DNA of 64,000 nt from Acidobacteriota bacterium. Its GTDB lineage: Bacteria; Acidobacteriota; UBA6911. Positions 61,317 to 64,000 of this stretch are shown one piece after another. The stretch is taken from contig OY761556.1 in NCBI GenBank assembly GCA_963664705.1, forward strand, positions 5,536,001-5,600,000. The letters run 5' to 3'. Below the pieces are notes generated by a model. The model searched no databases and was not told where the DNA came from. It saw nothing but the letters and a program-made list of their open reading frames with translations. Position numbers and translations under genes: made by a program. Each line of letters begins with the position of its first letter. Position 1 is the stretch's first letter.

Positions 61317-61685
61317 TTATATCCCTTTGGAGATTTCGGCGCTTACGGCGGCAATGAAGTTCCGCAGACTGTCGACACCCGAGCGCCACGTCAGATGCCG
61401 CGACCACTGCTGCCATAACTTGTTGCCGACGGTGACATGCTGGTTACAATTCTGCGGAAAGCTACCGGAGGGAAGCTTGACATCCGGGATCGTGTAAAAC
61501 ATATCCACCGCAGTCTGCGGATATCCCGAAAGAAGCCGAATCAGTATGTCGGCTTCTTTCGGTGCGTATGGACCGAAGGGAAAGCGATGGATGATCAGGT
61601 GGATTTCTTTGTCCGATTGCAGGAGCTCGTAGTCGAACTCCTTCTCCTTCAGAAATTCGATATCGTCTTCCGGTATTAGCGGCAT
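61317..61685 (-). CDS. E2/UBC-like protein (Prok-E2 family E type), operon B
   Basis: GYPQTAVDMFY and WQQWSRH motifs. Confidence 0.88.
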   Translation of the reverse strand: MPLIPEDDIEFLKEKEFDYELLQSDKEIHLIIHRFPFGPYAPKEADILIRLLSGYPQTAVDMFYTIPDVKLPSGSFPQNCNQHVTVGNKLWQQWSRHLTWRSGVDSLRNFIAAVSAEISKGI

Positions 61686-61927
61686 AGGCTTCCAGGATTG
61701 AGTTTCTTTTGGACCGAGAAGAAGTGCTCCCCATTCTTCAGCGTAAGGGGCGTGCCGTCATTAGGCACCAGCGTATCATCCACTTTCCCGTGGACTTCTT
61801 GGTACAGGTCATACATGTTCGGATCAATCGTGCCGAGCACGTATAATGCCGCACCCGTGGTCGGATTCGGCGAATCGTGCTTCTTCTTGTCGATGAAAAT
61901 CTCAACTTTAGTGTGTTCCATTTGCAT
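61676..61927 (-). CDS. Ubiquitin-like (multi-ubiquitin family) protein, operon B (start may be 61921)
   Basis: VEIFID...TTGAALYVLG...YDLYQEVHG..DD...LKNGEHFFSVQKKLNPG followed by the tail SLCR. Confidence 0.82.
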   Translation of the reverse strand: MQMEHTKVEIFIDKKKHDSPNPTTGAALYVLGTIDPNMYDLYQEVHGKVDDTLVPNDGTPLTLKNGEHFFSVQKKLNPGSLCR

Positions 61928-62001
61928 TTTCTCCCAATTTTTGAGCTCGACCTTTCATTCAACCTTGCCGGCCTTGACTATCCGGCTACTTTATGCAAAA
62001 C

Positions 62002-62069
62002 TGTCTTATATGTGAAACAGTATAGGCGGATCCGTATCACATGTCAAGCTTTGTCTTAGGTATGAAACA
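62002..62069. promoter_or_regulatory. Twin operator TGTCTTA-N4-TGAAACA flanking a sigma70 promoter for operon B
   Basis: Copies at 62002-62019 and 62052-62069. Minus strand reads TTGACA (62047-62042)-17 bp-TATACT (62024-62019). Confidence 0.75.
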
Positions 62070-62071
62070 CT

Positions 62072-62404
62072 ATGGCTAAAATCACCATTCAAACACTCGG
62101 ACGCAAGCTTGTTGAAGCCAGGGGAACCCGGGGCATCAGGGAAGCTGCAAAAGAAATTGGAATAAGCCCGGCAACCCTGTCGCGGGTAGAGAGAGGCAAC
62201 CTCCCAGACCTGGAGACGTTCGGGAAAATCTGCAAATGGCTCAAAATCGATCCGGGGCATGTATTGGGTGTTACGCAATCCCCCACGGAAAGGCCGACCA
62301 TTGCAGTCCAGTTCCGGAAGGATCAGGCCCTTGATCCCAAAACGGCCCAGGCCCTTGCGAGCATGATCCTTGCCGCCCAGAGGGCGATCCTGGCTTCCGA
62401 GTAG
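62072..62404 (+). CDS. XRE-family HTH regulator (CapH-like)
   Basis: IREAAKEIGISPATLSRVERGNLPD HTH; adjacent to an IrrE-type peptidase. Confidence 0.9.
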   Translation: MAKITIQTLGRKLVEARGTRGIREAAKEIGISPATLSRVERGNLPDLETFGKICKWLKIDPGHVLGVTQSPTERPTIAVQFRKDQALDPKTAQALASMILAAQRAILASE

Positions 62405-62418
62405 TTTAAAAAGGATTA

Positions 62419-63000
62419 TTGAAGAACATGTTCCAACGTGGCTTCAAGAGCTGGTGCGAGAATGTTTCTGTCCAATTACGGAAGGAAATCGGTCTGGGCG
62501 CTACAGCACCCCTTGACCCTCATATTTTGGCAGAAAGCCTTGAGGTGAAGGTTTGGAAAGCCGGCGACGTCCCAGGAGTGGACGCGGAAACGCTGGACAT
62601 CCTGCTGCGAAAAGATCCAGATAGCTGGTCTGCAGTGACACTGCACGTCGAGACTACCGATCTCGTCATTCTGAACTCGTCCCACTCATTGGCGCGCCAG
62701 GCGAGTGACCTCATGCACGAACTGGCCCACATCTACCTCGGCCATACGCCTGCGCGAATCGACGTCACGGAAGATGGCCTTCTTATGCTGAACACCTTCA
62801 ACAAACAGCAGGAAGAGGAGGCGGCTTGGTTTTCAGGCTGCCTTCTGCTGCCTCGAGAAGCCTTATTGGCCATATGCTCTCAATCGATGGAGCACCGCAC
62901 GGCGGCGAAAACTTACGGAGTGAGTAAAGACATGTTGGAATATCGGCTCCAGGTAACGGCGGTCAACATGCAAATCAGGCGGCGGCGAATGCGTGCGTAA
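62419..63000 (+). CDS. ImmA/IrrE family metallopeptidase (CapP-like)
   Basis: RQASDLMHELAH and QEEEAAWFSGCLLLP motifs. Confidence 0.9.
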   Translation: MKNMFQRGFKSWCENVSVQLRKEIGLGATAPLDPHILAESLEVKVWKAGDVPGVDAETLDILLRKDPDSWSAVTLHVETTDLVILNSSHSLARQASDLMHELAHIYLGHTPARIDVTEDGLLMLNTFNKQQEEEAAWFSGCLLLPREALLAICSQSMEHRTAAKTYGVSKDMLEYRLQVTAVNMQIRRRRMRA

Positions 63001-63031
63001 ACAGCTTGAGTTTATAGGAACCTTAAGTTCG

Positions 63032-63378
63032 ATGAAACAAATCGTCTTTTATTCATGGCAGTCTGATCTACCGAACTCATGCAATAGAAGCTTTATTTAA
63101 TCGCGGTCAACGACCGGCTCCACCTCGACTGATTTGTCGGCCCGGATCGAGGCGGCGGCGTTCTCCAAGGCAGCTTCAAGCAGGTTCCCCTCTTCCTGCG
63201 TAATGCTGAGTACAAGAGAAGTGCGGAGCAGATGATAAAGATATTCCATATTACCAGTATTGATTTGTTCCGCGCCCGACTGTTGCAACGAGTTCAGCGA
63301 CTGCGCCGAATGTGGGATGGGGGTTCCTGGTGGAATCCAATCAGGACCGATGACATAAATAAGTTCGGCACACGCTGA
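63032..63378 (+). pseudogene. TIR-like/nucleotide-binding gene broken by inversion and deletion
   Basis: The + strand gives MKQIVFYSWQSDLPNSCNRSFI*. Its continuation EAALENAAASIRADKSVEVEPVVDRD lies inverted at ~63100-63177. A 65-codon open tail follows on + (63181-63378). Confidence 0.7.
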
Positions 63379-63691
63379 TTCTTCAGGAAGATTGTCTTCA
63401 GCCTCCTGATCCACATACCTGCCGCAGGGTGAATGGGGTAAACAAACCGCGGAGACAAACATTCTCGCCAAGTCGTTTGCTACCCCATCTTCAAATCTGT
63501 ATTATTAGAACATATTAAAAAATCATGAGTCAAAAGCCCGGAAGAGGGGCTTTTATGGCGATTTCTGCTTCAGTAGACAGCTTTCCCGATCATCGAGACA
63601 CCGGATCATCCGCTATCGAACAAAGGAAGGCTGCAAGCGGAGTCGCCCGATCCCATGGGGCCGGCTGTCACAGTGAGGGGAATTTCTAGCC

Positions 63692-64000
63692 GTGGAAAAC
63701 ATCATTACCGAATTCATATCTGCGCTCGACGAAGAAATCACAACTTTGAAGCAAGGCCGTGGTGGCAGCATCACCAAGGTCTTCAACGGTAAATTGATCC
63801 GCAAGGTACCGAACGGTTTCGTTTATATCTTCCATCTGGAGAATTTTCTGGCCACCCTCGATGACGCTCCTGCGGAAATCGAGATCAATCATCAGATACA
63901 CAAGGCCAACGTTCTGCTTACCCGCGGTCTGGAAGTGGAGATCTGCATCGAAGACTATTGCGGCGAATTCGTCGCTGAGGCAAAGCTCCATAATAACCTC
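63692..64000 (+). CDS. 5' part of a probable SF1 (UPF1/DNA2-like) AAA helicase protein; runs off window
   Basis: GTG with SD GAGGGG; open to the edge: MENIITEFISALDEEITTLKQGRGGSITKVFNG...FVYIFHLENFLATLDDAPAEI... No P-loop is visible yet, so the product is tentative. Confidence 0.5.
   Translation, partial: MENIITEFISALDEEITTLKQGRGGSITKVFNGKLIRKVPNGFVYIFHLENFLATLDDAPAEIEINHQIHKANVLLTRGLEVEICIEDYCGEFVAEAKLHNNL

Larger units (their letters stand above)
48302..64000. mobile_element. tRNA-anchored defence island (right end and integrase not in window)
   Basis: Begins right after the tRNA with AT-rich att-like DNA; carries mainly defence-type genes; several segments are visibly more AT-rich than the flanking core. 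Confidence 0.75.

Noticed and set aside
56697-61927. CBASS type II / Pycsar or ThiF-MoeB cofactor biosynthesis
   Set aside because: No nucleotide cyclase and no thi/moa genes; the architecture is JAB-E1 with separate Ubl and E2 genes.
63097-63471. 124-aa minus-strand ORF as a real gene
   Set aside because: Only its last ~27 codons look protein-like, and they are the inverted piece of the + strand pseudogene.

Overview
Bacterial chromosome, probably Acidobacteriota (inferred from a VWFA-type protein, an Hfq-like protein with an N-terminal extension, tandem HlyD adaptors and REP-like palindromes). Bases 1-48.2 kb are mostly housekeeping and envelope genes: aminotransferase, Slt, class II RNR with tandem NrdR boxes, malQ, ilvE, msrB, csp, two B12-radical SAM genes, DPP-IV, sulfurtransferase, a MacAB-like exporter, TatD, SNF2 and AraC. 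This part is interrupted by a 4 x ~345-bp tandem array that duplicates the last 38 bp of ilvE. A defence island starts after tRNA-Ala(GGC) at 48226-48301. It opens with stacked att-like modules, one containing a displaced tRNA-Arg 3' half. Next come an anti-phage dCTP deaminase with a structured upstream RNA candidate and a downstream 51-aa ORF, and a Type I R-M system. The best candidate for a new system follows: two convergent paralogous ubiquitin-like conjugation operons (Ubl, E2-like lacking the catalytic Cys, JAB/E1 fusion). One ends in an Ig-like+TIR protein and the other in a DUF6527-like Cys/His protein. The second lies divergently from an XRE-HTH + IrrE/ImmA (CapH/CapP-like) pair with a visible twin operator. 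The window ends with a TIR-like gene broken by inversion and deletion and the 5' end of a probable SF1 helicase. All calls are by eye from motifs; no searches were run.
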